64,000 nucleotides of DNA from Selaginella moellendorffii (GCF_000143415.4 NW_003314262.1:1787960-1851959), one strand, 5' to 3'. Shown: positions 22,904-34,884, numbered from the stretch's first letter. Program-made: numbers and translations. Notes: a model not told the origin generated them from the letters alone.

Positions 22904-23969
22904 GGCCGTATTCGCCAACACTGGCCCTGGGACAAGGCTCACAAGCCCAAGCACTAATTCCCACTATCCTTTGGGACTTCCTCCTTGGTCACTACACTAG
23001 AGGACCACTCCTCTTCCTTTCCATAGTCTGGGACTTTAGGACAACATTTCGGAACACCGTGGCCCTATATGAGCCTCATGGGTACTCTCCCCACCTTCCG
23101 CCTTTGGGTGCTCTAGCCATGGGCTTAGAGTGAGGTTCCATTGAACCACGCTAGATATCCAAGTAGATAGTGCCACCCACGCTTGGATTGGGAGCATTAA
23201 CCATTCAATCTCTCAAGGGAACTAGAGCTGGTTCTTGAACACTTCACCAAGCTACCTCGCTTGTCGGTCTGCATTCACTCTAATCTTGGACTTCCCAATG
23301 GTTAATTCATCACCCAACACCTGGGGACAGCCTTCTCGGGCCAAACTGGCATTGGGGGACGATTGCTTTGGGCTTTCACCCAACTACCTATATTAGTATT
23401 CGGACTCAGACTCAGATTTAGACTCGGACTTGGACTCAGTCTCGGTCTTAGTCTCGGACTTGGACTCAGTCTCGGTCTCAGTCTTGAACTCGGACTCGGT
23501 CCCGGTTCCATCTCGAACTCCATCTCGGACTCAGTCTTGGTCTCGGTCCCAGTTCTATCTGGACTCCATCTCAGACTCCATCTCGGGTCCATCTTAGACT
23601 CCATCTCAGACTCCATCTCGGGTCCATCTCGGACTCCATCTTGGGTCCATCTCAGATTCCATCTCGAGTCCATCTCGGGTCCATCTCGGATTCCATTTGG
23701 GGTCCATCTCGGACTCCTTCTCAGACTCCATCTTGGACACTTCCACGTGTCATGTGTTCGTCCTTTTGTGTCCCTTTTCTAGAGACTCACTTATTGCTCG
23801 CTTCATGCTTATTCCTTGAGCACTTCGTTGGGAGTTCCACTCCCGCTCTCGACCTTTCAAGTCGGAGCTTTTAGTCTAAATGTGTTATGCTCGTTTAGCT
23901 TTCGCTTCAGCCACTACCACGTGGCACCCTTTTGGCTCCACTTTGGGGCTTAGAGATTTGTGTCTCACA

Positions 23970-24370
23970 AGTCTAAGCCCAAGTTCTATACCATTGTAGC
24001 TGGTGGAGTACCCATATCCTTGCATTAGGCCACTAATATAATAACGCTAAATTTCATTTGACTTTATTTTATATATTGATCTTGGCATTGGGATGTTGAA
24101 TGCTCTAAGAATGTTCTAAATCATTTTATGCTCCTGTCCTTTCACTCTTTAGGCTATATGTTCAAAAGTCATTCCACACTCTACTTCCTTTACTCCTTAG
24201 CTTTATGCTTAGGAGTTTGGTTTCATCTTTTCATTCAATGGCCCAAACTCAAATTTTGCTCTACTACCTTGGACATATAGCATGTGGTATATGGAAGGTT
24301 AAGATTCTACTCCATAGTTATCCTATGGTAAGCCACTGTGGGATAAGGGGTGAAAACCATGCGCCCTATA
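23970..24370 (+). mobile_element. Older, AT-shifted copy of the family E LTR 3' half, into which element D inserted
   Basis: Aligns to 17031-17450 (AAGCCCAAG...GCTGGTGGAGTACCCATATCC...TTATCCTATGGTAA) with many transitions. Confidence 0.7.
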
Positions 24371-24379
24371 TCTTGGCCG

Positions 24380-25000
24380 TGACCATGGTAGCACTTTCAT
24401 CAGCTAAGCAGTTACATACCTAATGGCAAAACTTAATGTCCAACACATTTTGAACATCAATAGATATCTACAAACAAGCCAAGTCTTCCAACAAGATTTA
24501 AAGACAATTCTGTTGAATCTAGTTGACAATCATCCTTGACATTGGCACAAACACTTATTCATAATTTTATGGTTGTTTAGAACCATATGGCTTCAGAACT
24601 AAGATGTCTATTGCAGCAACACCTTTCTCACTTCTCTATATATTAAGGGTTGTCCTTCCTATTGACATTCAGATCCCGTCATTATAGCTTTCTCTACAAC
24701 AAGCAACACATCTTCAACTCAACAAGAAGCAATAGATTGAGGCAAGAGCTTGGAAGACTTTGGCATTGGATGAATATGTTGCTAGACACCTTCTAGTAGC
24801 TAAAAATTGTCTCAAGGTAGCATATGACAAGCAAGATTTGAATATATCATACTGACTTGAAGATCTTGCATACAAGTTCTTTCCCCATTGGCTTGGCCCA
24901 TTCATCATCTAGCAATATGTTAGAGGAGGTGCTTACATTTTTAGTGATGATTATAGCCATGAAATTATGCGTGCCGACAACCATTACCATCTTAAGCTTG
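24380..25000 (+). pseudogene. Ty3/Gypsy (Tat/Athila-like) integrase C-terminal relic
   Basis: Translates to PYGFRTKMSIAATPFSLLYILRVVLPIDIQIPSL (cf. LWAYRT..TPFSLVYG.EAVLP.E..IPSL) and KFFPHWLGPF (GPY/F motif), with stops and frameshifts. Confidence 0.7.
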
Positions 25001-26371
25001 TATGGGAGTGAGTCTTTCCTTTATTTTTCTTTTTCTTCATTTCTTTTCGACTTTATTCTTTTACTTTTTATCTTCTTTATCCAGGTCATCTGGATATTCA
25101 CTTAAGGTTGTATTAATTCTACTTGTCCCTGAAGCATGCAATTCTCTAGTTTTTTCCTCAAAGTTTTTGTTTTTCTTTTATATCATTCTTTTCTACAAAA
25201 CCTCCTCTTCATTTCCATTCATTCATCTTCATACTAATCACTTCCAAAGGTATTACCCATTCATTGTTATTAATACCCTGACTCATTTCATCACTCCCTA
25301 CTATGGATTTGTTAGATCTATCCCCACAATATAATGCCACCATAATCTTCCTCCCATATAGATTAATCTTCTTTCTACCTAACACATTGTGAGAAATAGC
25401 ATATTGCACTAGGAAGTCATACATTGTAGCACAATCTATTTCTCTCCCCTTAAGCTAACTGGAAAAGGGGCAATTGCTTGATAAAAGAGCTTTTAATTGC
25501 TATTTTATCCCCATTTATTCCCTAAGGTTCCAAGAATTTATAGTGACAATATATTTAAATCTCATCTTACGATCACATGCACTACATACATGTACACCAT
25601 GGTCAAAAAAACTCAACAGAAACATGAAAAAAGGCTGGTGGTGAAAGCGCTTAAGCATATGCTTATGAAGTTCTACATTATGATAAGTTTCCATGTAGTG
25701 TTGAAATGGAGTGTTAAATGGTTCACAATGGCTCAAGGTGATGACAATGCAAACAATGTCCTTACTGTTGCTCTAAGTGTGTGTAAAAGTCAGCTCACCC
25801 CACTCCAAGAAACCTTGCCAAGCACTACTATCTGGAAAGCAAAGAAAAACGTCTACTCTATCACACAGCTCAGCCGATAAATTTATGGAGATTTTTGCTT
25901 CCCAACTAACTAGAGTTTGGGATTATGCTTGCAAGCTCCCATATTCAACTATTATATTGTAATTTCTATGCGAGGCCTTGATTGCTGGATTCCGGGAGCA
26001 ACTAGCAGACTCCAGGAGGAGTTAGTGTCCATAAAAAATGCTGGTCTTTGTTTCCTAAACTGCATAACATAGTATTATGTGCTTACAATTTTTTTTTCTA
26101 AAAATGAAGCTACTGATTTACAAGCTTTACCTTCTAAGCAATGGTTGAATCGGATCGCTGCTGAGCAGCAATGTAATTGTATCATGGTTCCGTAAAAACC
26201 TATGAGCATAATTCGATTCCTTTGATTTAGAGGGGCAAAGGGCTAAACGAGAAGATTCTAGGGTTTTGGATCTCTTCGGCATTAGGGATTTAGTGTATTT
26301 TGATCGATCGAGGTAGCTCCGCGCTTCAGCAACGTTTGATGGATGGATCGATCGATCGCTAGAAACGTTTC

Positions 26372-29300
26372 ATGAGAGCAGCAAGATGCCGCGCCCTGGG
26401 ATTGCGCCTGGCGAGGAATCTAGAACATCAGCGCCCTTGTCTCGTAGAGTTCGATGGCGACCAAGTTGGAGATTCGTCTCAGGCATTGCTTGTGGTGCTC
26501 AAAGCCCTCAAGGCGTGTAGCAGCGGCAGGGATTTGGAAGCCGGCGAGAAGATTTACAGCCGGCACAAAGTCTTTTTCTCGGATTTGTTCGTGGCCACCG
26601 CGGCTGTGGACATGTTTGCAAAGTGTGGGAGCTTAGAACAGGCACAGATGATCTTCGACAGCATGGCTTTCCATGACGTGGTGTCGTGGAATGCCTTGAT
26701 CCAAGGCTACGTCTTACATGGCAGAGAAGACTTTGCCCTCGATCTCTTCTCGCAAATCCAGACGTCTCGAGAAACCACACCGGATTCTCGGACTTTCATC
26801 GCGGCTTTGATGGCGTGTTCGCAAAGAGCAGCGAAACAAGAAGATGGCAATGGTGGTGGTGGATCGATCACCAAGGTTTCTTCACTCAGGATTGGAGTGT
26901 CGCTTCACTCGCAAGTTGAAAAGGCTGGATTTGAGTCCGAGGTTTTCGTAGCAAGCGCGCTGGTGGATATGTACTCGAGCTGTGGGAGCATGGAGGATGC
27001 TCGTATGGTTTTCGACAAGATCGCTCCAGCTCGCCGTGACGTCGTGCTGTGGACCGGCTTAATCATGGGATACGTTTCGAATGCACAGGCCGACGACGCT
27101 TTCAAGCTCTTCGAGTTGATGACCACCGGTTCATCACCTTGCCGACCAAATGCTCGAACTTTCGTCGCTGGAATCGCTGCCTGCGCGGCCTTAGCAGCAA
27201 AGGAAGCAGCAAAGCTGGTCGAAGGAAAGCTTGTCAAAGTGGAGAGTCTTGCGAAAGGATCGCGGTTTCACTCGGAAGCCACAAAGCGTGGATTCGGCTC
27301 CGACTTGTTCCTGGCCAACTGCGCGGTGGACATGTACGCAAAGTGTGGAGCCATAGCCAGAGCTCGTCAAGTTTTCGATGGGATGACTCGCCGGAGTGTA
27401 GTGTCGTGGACTTCGCTCATGATGGGATACGTCGAGAATGGCGAGCCAGAGCAGGCACTCGACGTCTTCCAGCTGATGAAAAACGAGAGCCCCGATCCTC
27501 CAAACGCTCGAAGCTACGTCGCTGCGTTGCTGGCCTGTTCTGTCTTGGCTTCGAGAGAGCAGGGCAGGAAGATAACCGGTGGAAGCATCGTGAAGCTGAG
27601 CAGTCTGGAAGCCGGGATGGGTCTCCACTCTCAAGCTTCCAAGCAGGGATTCAGTTGCGACGTCTTCGTCGCGAATACTTTGATCGACATGTACGCCAAG
27701 TGTGGAAGCATGCAAGACGCTTGCGCGGTGTTTCACGGGATGACTCAACCGGACGTTGTCTCGTGGACGTCTTTGATCCTGGGATTCACTGCGAACGGAC
27801 AGAGCAGGGTGGCCTTAGAGACGCTGTCCAAGATGGAGGAGTGTGGAACTTGCGAGCCCAATGCACGGACTTACGTAGCCGGGCTTGTGGCCTGCGGGAA
27901 CCTAGGTACCGAGGACCGAAAGCTCGGCATAGGAACGAGCTTTTGCTTGGAGAGAGGACGGGAGATACACTCGCAGGTGGTGGGGAGAGGCTACGTCTCG
28001 GACGTGTTCGTGGTGAACAGCTTGATCACCATGTACTCCAAGTGTGGGAGCTTGTTCGAGGCTCGCCAAGTCTTCGACAGGATCAAGAGCTCTGGTGATG
28101 AGAAGCCGGATCTAGTCTCCTGGAACGCGTTGTTATCCGGCTACGTCGACAATGGTGACGCCGAGGTTGCTCTAGAACTCTTCGCGCGGGTGGAGTCGCC
28201 GGACTCTCGGACTTTCGTCGCAGCTCTCTCGGCTTGCTGCGCCTTGGCCTCGAGAGAAACTGGAGAAGAAGCCGGGCTCAAGGTGAAGAGCCTGGAGAAA
28301 GGCATGGCGATACACTCCCAGGCCGTGAAAATTGGCGTCTCCTCGGACATCTTCGTGAGCAACAGGCTGATCGACATGTACGCAAAGTGTGGGAACATGG
28401 CAGACTCGAGGAAAGTCTTCGACAGGATGGCCGCCAAGAGCTCGGTGTCATGGACGAGCTTGATATCCGGCTATGCGGACAACGGCCAGCCGGAGGTGGC
28501 TTTGGAGCTGTTTGAGAAGATGGTCGCCGAGAAGAGCTGCGAGCCGGATGCTCGCGCTTTCGTGGCTGCGCTCTCCGCACTCTCAGCTCTGGCATCCACG
28601 GAAACTGGAGAAACGATCGATGGCAATGCCGTGAAAGTAGTCTCGCTGGAGAGAGGCCGAGCTCTCCACTCTCGAGCTCGAAGCTCCGGCGTGGAGCTGG
28701 AGAACGATGGCTTCGCTGCCAACGCGCTCATCGCCTTCTACTCCAAGTGTGGCAGCATGATCGAAGCTTGCGAAGCGTTTGAGGCGATCGATCGCCCGGA
28801 CGTGGCGGCGTGGACGGTCCTCATGCTCGGCTACTCGGACAACGGGCAGCCCGAGATGGCGCTCGAGACGTTTGCTCGAATGCGGTGCCGTACGCAACCC
28901 GATACTTGGGCCATGGTCGCCGTACTGGTGGCGTGTGGCCAGGCAGTGGCCCGGGAGGCCGGGAGGAGCGTCCATGGCGAGATTCACAGGAGAGAGGAGG
29001 CTGCGAAGTGCCCGATCTTGGCGAATTCGCTGCTGGATTTCTATGCAAAGTGTGGTGCGATGGATTGCGCGCAGCGGGTGTTTGATTCGATCGCGGATTG
29101 GAGGGATGTTGTGGCGTGGAATTGCTTGATCGCGGGCTATGGGCGATTGGGCGATTCCGGGAAGGCGACGGAGGCGTTTGGGAGGATGCGCGAGGAGGGG
29201 GTGAGACCGAGCGCGATCACGTTTGTGTCGGTGCTCACGATGTGTAGCCACTGTGGGCTGGTCGAGGAGGGAAGGAAGTGCTTGGAATCCATGGCGCCCA

Positions 29301-29461
29301 AGTTTGGCGTGCATCCGACCGTCCAGCACTACACGTGTATGGTGGATCTGCTGGCCCGCGCGGATCGCGTGGAAGATGCCGTCTCGACGGTGGATGCGAT
29401 GCCTTGCTACCCGGACGAGGTGACGTGGACGGCTGTGATGGGCGCCAAAGCTCGAGTTTAA
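26372..29461 (+). CDS. PLS-class pentatricopeptide repeat protein, intronless, ending in a truncated E domain without DYW
   Basis: 1029-aa ORF with repeated S (..DMYAKCG...A..VFD), P (DVVSW.ALI.GY..NG) and L (PD.RTFVAAL.AC) motifs. Terminal P2-L2-S2 (CSHCGLVEEG, HYTCMVDLLARA) then MPCYPDEVTW. Confidence 0.93.
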   Translation: MRAARCRALGLRLARNLEHQRPCLVEFDGDQVGDSSQALLVVLKALKACSSGRDLEAGEKIYSRHKVFFSDLFVATAAVDMFAKCGSLEQAQMIFDSMAFHDVVSWNALIQGYVLHGREDFALDLFSQIQTSRETTPDSRTFIAALMACSQRAAKQEDGNGGGGSITKVSSLRIGVSLHSQVEKAGFESEVFVASALVDMYSSCGSMEDARMVFDKIAPARRDVVLWTGLIMGYVSNAQADDAFKLFELMTTGSSPCRPNARTFVAGIAACAALAAKEAAKLVEGKLVKVESLAKGSRFHSEATKRGFGSDLFLANCAVDMYAKCGAIARARQVFDGMTRRSVVSWTSLMMGYVENGEPEQALDVFQLMKNESPDPPNARSYVAALLACSVLASREQGRKITGGSIVKLSSLEAGMGLHSQASKQGFSCDVFVANTLIDMYAKCGSMQDACAVFHGMTQPDVVSWTSLILGFTANGQSRVALETLSKMEECGTCEPNARTYVAGLVACGNLGTEDRKLGIGTSFCLERGREIHSQVVGRGYVSDVFVVNSLITMYSKCGSLFEARQVFDRIKSSGDEKPDLVSWNALLSGYVDNGDAEVALELFARVESPDSRTFVAALSACCALASRETGEEAGLKVKSLEKGMAIHSQAVKIGVSSDIFVSNRLIDMYAKCGNMADSRKVFDRMAAKSSVSWTSLISGYADNGQPEVALELFEKMVAEKSCEPDARAFVAALSALSALASTETGETIDGNAVKVVSLERGRALHSRARSSGVELENDGFAANALIAFYSKCGSMIEACEAFEAIDRPDVAAWTVLMLGYSDNGQPEMALETFARMRCRTQPDTWAMVAVLVACGQAVAREAGRSVHGEIHRREEAAKCPILANSLLDFYAKCGAMDCAQRVFDSIADWRDVVAWNCLIAGYGRLGDSGKATEAFGRMREEGVRPSAITFVSVLTMCSHCGLVEEGRKCLESMAPKFGVHPTVQHYTCMVDLLARADRVEDAVSTVDAMPCYPDEVTWTAVMGAKARV

Positions 29462-29499
29462 AAATCTCCAATTTTAGGGCCACCAACTTCAAAAGCTGC

Positions 29500-30192
29500 A
29501 TGGAATCAGGTACGTCTTTTCTGGGCGCAAGCTTTTCATAGCGCTTGGTTTTAGGTTTGACTTCGGCCATGGAATTCTTTGGAACACAGTTTGCTCGCTT
29601 CGTGGAATCCCAGCTCGAGAGCTTCAAGGAAGATTTGGTGTGGGAAAGCGTGAAGCATCTCGATGATTTCATGACGGGCAAGCTGCAAAGACACCAAAGG
29701 GAGATCCTACGAAGCCTCAGGCCTCTAGAGGATAAAATGACGGCCATGGAGGAATCACTAATGGCAAAAGACTTGAACCTGGAGGGAAGGTTGGCGGCCA
29801 TAGAGCAATCCCTACGCACAGAGAAGGACCAGATCAAGTATAGCTTGAGTGATGCCAAAATGAACTTGGTAGACGCCATAGCAGATACTAAAATGGAGAT
29901 TGACGAAGCATTGGATGATATGGCCCAAAGGATGGCCAAGCTCGAGAGGGCATTAACATTGAAGTCATTGGAGAAATGGTTGGCGGATAAAGATAACTTG
30001 GGCGCTACTGTTGCAAGGCTCAGGATTGATATCACAAATGCTATAGCACAGCTCAAGGAGAAGATGGAAGAGCGAGACACTGAAATTCTTTCACTGGTGG
30101 CAAGTGTGAAGATCTCGGACGAGGAACTCATAGCAAAGTTTCATATTGGTCTCTCCAATGTTCTTGCTCTAAAGGCACTGATCTGCGCTTGA
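29500..30192 (+). CDS. Hypothetical coiled-coil protein (probable exons 29500-29509 and 29555-30192; alternative ATG at 29569)
   Basis: Heptad-rich 215-aa ORF. A 45-bp GT-AG intron (29510-29554) joins MES-G in frame. Confidence 0.55.
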
Positions 30193-30545
30193 GTATTGGA
30201 TATTAATATTCATTTGAATGTTTATATAATTTTTTCCTAAATCTTAATATATAAATAAACAATTAAAATATTGAAATTTGTGGTAATATACCAAGAATAT
30301 ATTTGAATATTCTACCATCTATATTCATTTGTATTTATTATTTATAAGCATTCTATGGTTGATATTAATAATATTAATCTTGTGTTTATAAATTATAAAC
30401 TTCCATTTGATTAATTAGATTAATAAGATTAATAAGATTAATAAATAAGAATAACATTACTATTAAAAAACCCAAATTATTGCTCTCAAATGAAAATTAA
30501 TATTTTGAAGAAAAAATTTAAATACTTGAAATTAGGGTTCTAGCC

Positions 30546-32987
30546 ATGTGTGGCATTGGACTGATTGTCACTGGAGTGGAATTTAGCTGGGGGATCTCGG
30601 CTTCTCGATCAAAGGTATCTAAGCGCTGACTGTGATGGTATCTTGATGTTTTTCTCTCAGGAGACGCCTTGTCTGGAGGATTTACTCGCCGCATTGCGAA
30701 GGCGAGGGCCCGATAGTTTTGGCGTGAGAACTGTCCGGCTTGGCACAGGAAAGATCGAGCAGCTGGAGAGGGATTTACAGATTTCTAGCGAGTTTTGGGA
30801 AGCTGGGGACTGTGGTGATGATTGGCAGCATCAAACTGGCTCCAAAATCCAGGACGAAAGAGTCGATGAGCAGGATGGAAAGATCTACGTTCCACAGGAA
30901 GCTTTTGCTACCTTGGAATTTGCTGGCACCACTTTGCAACTTAGGGGATCTCATCGAGTTTGTCAGCCTCTACGGGACAGCGATGGAAACATCCTCGTCT
31001 ACAATGGTGAGTTCTCATGTGTTTCTCTTTCCTTTGAGAGAAAATCTTACATCTCTTTCGTGAAATCTTGTAGGTGAAGTGTTTGGAGGCTTGGAAGTTC
31101 TTCCAAGTCAAAACGACACCGAAGTTTTGCTGGAGAGGCTTGGAAGATGCGATTCGAGCTTTGGAGTTTGTCAAGCGTTGTCTCAAGTAAGAGGTCCCTG
31201 GGCCGTAATCTACTTCCAGGTACGTAGTTAGCCTTCAAAGTTGAATCTGGAAACGTTGTTTTTATCTTGGATGTGATCATAGGCCTCCACTCGGACAATA
31301 TGGTTTGGACGTGATGTCTTTGGAAGGAGAAGTCTTCTCGTGCATTGGCCTTCGGTGGACGATCCACGGTTTCTTCTATCCTCCGTAGCTCCCTGTGACA
31401 ACGAGAAGCTGTTCTACGATCCTTTTGCTTTCTGGAAGGAACTTCCCTGTGGGATTCACAGTCTACAACTTAGCAATGGCGAAGTTCTCACTTGCAAGGG
31501 AGAGATACGAACTCACAGATGGGAGGATCCACTTCTAAACAAGCTGATGCTTTGGGACCGAGCTCACTCATCACCATCTTCTTTTTCTTCTTCGGCAGCT
31601 GTCGAACTCGCTCTGACTGTATTGAAGGAATCTGTGGAGAGGCGTCTCGTTAACAGCAGAATGAACTTAAAAGAGGTATAGTTCTTCTCTTGGTTTTTCT
31701 TTCCGGAGCTTGGTTCTTACTCCGATTCATGTTAAAGAGCAGGCCAGAAGATGTGGAGACTCCTGTGGCAGTCCTCTTTTCCGGAGGGATCGATTCGATG
31801 ATTTTGGCTGCGCTTACTGATCAGTGCCTGGATCCTGCTTGTATGTTGTTTTTATCTTCACAATTATGGAAAGGCTCACTTTTTTTCCTTACAGATACCA
31901 TTGACCTTCTAAATGTTAGCTTTGATGGTCCATCGGCACCGGATAGAGTTTCTGCGATCGCTGGCATTGACGAACTTCGAAGGATTTCGCCCTCACGCAA
32001 GTAAGTTTCTTCTTTGGATTTCTAGTAATCACGGCATTGCGTTGCAGGTGGAGACTTGTTCAAGTCGATGAAGACATAGGCACAAACGAGAGTACAATTT
32101 TTTCTCTGATATGTCCTTCAGAAACGTACATGGTACGTAAAAAGAGACCTCCAGTTTCGATTTTTCTTTTCGCTCTTGGACGACTTCTTTAACTTGGCAG
32201 GATCTAAACATCGGAACAGCTCTTTGGTCTGCTGCCAGAGGAGAAGGAGCCGTGGAAGATCACAACAAAGTCCGCATTTCTTACAAGTCAGCAGCGAAAG
32301 TCGTGCTTGTTGGAGCAGGAGCGGACGAGCAATGTGGTGGCTACTTGCGGTACCGCACGAAATTCAAGCTTGGAGGGTGAGTGATTGTCTCGTTTTCCAT
32401 CCATAGCTGAAAGTTTTCTTCTTTGTCTTGCAAGATGGGAAGCGCTGGCAGCGGAGATGAGGCTGGACATGCAGAGGCTGTGGAAACGAAACCTGGGACG
32501 AGACGATCGCTGCATTGGAGATCATGGAAAGGAGGTTCGCTAGCTTTTCAAAAGCTCAAAGAGATAATCTAGTCATTCTTACAGGCTCGGTTCCCATTTC
32601 TAGACGAGGATGTGATCCAAACGTTCCTAGACATCCCTCTGGAAGAAGTTGTGGATCTCAGACAAGATCTCGGCATCGGCGACAAGAAAATCCTGAGACA
32701 GGTTCGGAGGAAAAACGTAATTTTTCCAGCCTCACTTGTTGCTTTTCCCAGGTTGCGAGGTCACTAGGACTTTCTCAAAGCGCCAGTCTTGCAAAGCGTG
32801 CAATACAGGTTTAGAATCCACTTCTCGTTTTTTTTCTTTCTCTCTGGAGATTTGCTCAAGCTTTCATTCAACTTCCATGCAGTTTGGCAGTGGCATTGCC
32901 AAAAAGTCCAACAGGCGCGACTTTGGGAGCAACCGAGCCGCAAACAAAGCCTCGGCTGGAAGCGTGAAGCTCGCGAATCTGGAATGA
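30546..32987 (+). CDS. ASNSD1: Asparagine synthetase domain-containing protein 1-like (multi-exon)
   Basis: N-terminal MCGIG, RRGPDS, LQLRG, YNGE, VAVLFSGGIDS, SAPDR, GAGADEQC, RNLGRDDR, KRAIQ/FGSGIAK across short introns. Confidence 0.9.
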
Positions 32988-33633
32988 TATGTTCATCCAT
33001 GACAAGTTTGCGAGTTCACGGAGTAAGAAAATATGGCCAAGGATAAAATGGAAGTTCGATTGATCCGGAAGAACTTCAAGAGAAAGTGTTCATGATAAAA
33101 AGATTAAGAGCTAAACTAAGCAAGGTTAACCAAAACCCACATCCACGTGTCAATACACGTGTACTCCTGACCTATCCCACATGCCGTGGTATGGAATGAA
33201 GCCACCAAAAGTGGTATATAAACTAGGGTTAGAGGAGGTGAAACATACTTACCTGGACGGGGTCTATTGGTGATCATTAAGGCCAATGGCCTAGGTTTGG
33301 CTTTCCCATTGCACTTTGGCTTGGCCGACCTACCATCTTCCCAAAGTGGAGGAATGGACGTCATAATTTGTGGAAGTTGAGGGCTCGCGTACGCGCGGCC
33401 CTCTCCAAATATAGAAACCCTAAGTTGGATCTCTAAATATAGAGAAGGTTTAGTATTGACTTTAATTAAGCGATAAAACCTAAGCCCTAATGAAAAAGTT
33501 AAAAAATTAGGGTTCTTGCATTTGACTTTAACTTGAGCAGTAAAATGATTCTATTCGAGAAAATAGGGTTCTCTCTCTCCAGGGACAAGGAAAGGGTTTT
33601 TGAGCTCCAAGGCCGCATTTTGATGGAGCGGTC

Positions 33634-34884
33634 ATGGAAGGTATGATCATGGAACAGCAGCCGCAGCAGCAGGAGGAGAATGGATTGGATTCTTCTTTCT
33701 CGGCTCCTAGGAATTCCAAGAGGCAGCGAAGGCCGAGTGTGCGCTTGGGCGAGATTGGCGACGTTCCCCTAGCGCTGTTTCTCGAGAATCGGCCTTCTTT
33801 CAAGAGGAGGAAGAAGCGCGCGGCGGCGGCGGCCCAGGTTTGTCCCTCTTTGCTGCCGGATGTGGTGGAAGAGGAGGTGGAGGATGATCCAACCGCGGTG
33901 GACATGACGGGTTTCCATCTCCAGGAGGCGCTGGAGTCGCCGCCATCGAAAACCAAGGCTTTGGAGCTCGTCCACGATGCTGAGGAGAGGAAGAGCGGTG
34001 AGAATGGGAACGAGGCGGAGATGATCGAGCAGGCGGCCGAGGTGGAGGAGCACGATCAAGCCGCCGAGAATGGCGAGGACGAGGAAGAGAAAGGTGGCGG
34101 CGGCGAGGAGAGGAAGAGAGGCGAGGAGAAGAAGAAGAAGAAGAAGAGGCGGCGGCTAGGGAATGGTGGTAGCGGTGGGAAGAAAGGGAGGAAGAAATCC
34201 TCCTCTTCTTCGTCTTTCACTGTCAAGAACTGGGGAGCCAGGAAAGTTGTGGCGGCTGGTGAGGAGGATGGCTCGAAGAGCTCGTCGCTGGCTAAAGAGA
34301 ACGAGGAGATGGCCGCCGAGGTGGAGGCTCGAGAGAGCAAGGAAGGAGAGATGGAGGAAGCGAGGGAGGAAGCAGTAGAAGAAGAGGAAGAGCTTCCGCA
34401 GGACGAAGAAGAGCTCGAGGTGGAAGAGAAGAATGCCTCTCAAGGTCTGTTTGATCAGGCAAACGAAAGCGATGCTTTGGTAGAAGCCATCGATCCGGAG
34501 GAGCGATTGCTGGAAGAAGGTGATGGTGGCGATGGTGAGAACTTCCCAGCCAGCGGAGTGCGGGAAGAGAACCAATCTCGCCAAGTAAACCGAGAAGAAG
34601 AACGCGAAGAAGAAGTTCCAGAGACTAGGACGCAGCAAACCACGAGTAAAAGTGGCGAGCTCAACCAGGAAGAGAGCTTCGTTTTGCCGGAGCTCGTAAG
34701 GAAGTGGCTCGAGGAACGAAGGCTGGCCAAGTATATGGACGTGTTTGAGCTCCATGAAGTGGACGAGGAGGCTCTTCCACTGCTCACCATGGAGGACTTG
34801 CGAGAGATGGGAATCCACGCCGTGGGCTCTCGCCGGAGGATGTTCCACGCAATCTTGAGTCTCTCATCTCGCAGCTCGGATTGA
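33634..34884 (+). CDS. SAM (sterile alpha motif) domain protein with acidic low-complexity region and NLS-like basic tract
   Basis: SKRQRRPSVRLGEIG motif; C-terminal WLEERRLAKYMDVFELHEVDEEALPLLTMEDLREMGIHAVGSRRRMF SAM domain. Confidence 0.88.
   Translation: MEGMIMEQQPQQQEENGLDSSFSAPRNSKRQRRPSVRLGEIGDVPLALFLENRPSFKRRKKRAAAAAQVCPSLLPDVVEEEVEDDPTAVDMTGFHLQEALESPPSKTKALELVHDAEERKSGENGNEAEMIEQAAEVEEHDQAAENGEDEEEKGGGGEERKRGEEKKKKKKRRRLGNGGSGGKKGRKKSSSSSSFTVKNWGARKVVAAGEEDGSKSSSLAKENEEMAAEVEARESKEGEMEEAREEAVEEEEELPQDEEELEVEEKNASQGLFDQANESDALVEAIDPEERLLEEGDGGDGENFPASGVREENQSRQVNREEEREEEVPETRTQQTTSKSGELNQEESFVLPELVRKWLEERRLAKYMDVFELHEVDEEALPLLTMEDLREMGIHAVGSRRRMFHAILSLSSRSSD

Larger units (their letters stand above)
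15843..23969 (-). mobile_element. Element D: LTR of the same large family in minus orientation, split by element C (pieces 15843-15977 and 22909-23969)
   Basis: Reverse complement of the A/B LTR. Terminus ...GTGTCTCACA at 23969. Sequence is continuous across the GGCCG duplication. Confidence 0.82.

Noticed and set aside
25300-25960. 127-aa ORF at 25497-25880 as a transposase or gene
   Set aside because: No motif I can support; probably decayed repeat sequence.
29420-29477. Intron fusing the PPR to the downstream coiled-coil ORF
   Set aside because: The candidate GT(29420)-AG(29477) splice lands out of frame with the downstream ORF.
27049-30131. Long alternative-frame and antisense ORFs over the PPR and coiled-coil genes, and likewise 55796-56752 and 57691-58611
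   Set aside because: Shadow ORFs of GC-rich coding sequence with no recognisable motifs.
30200-30535. Very AT-rich stretch with short TAATAAGAT repeats
   Set aside because: No terminal repeats or TSD found; treated as ordinary intergenic DNA.
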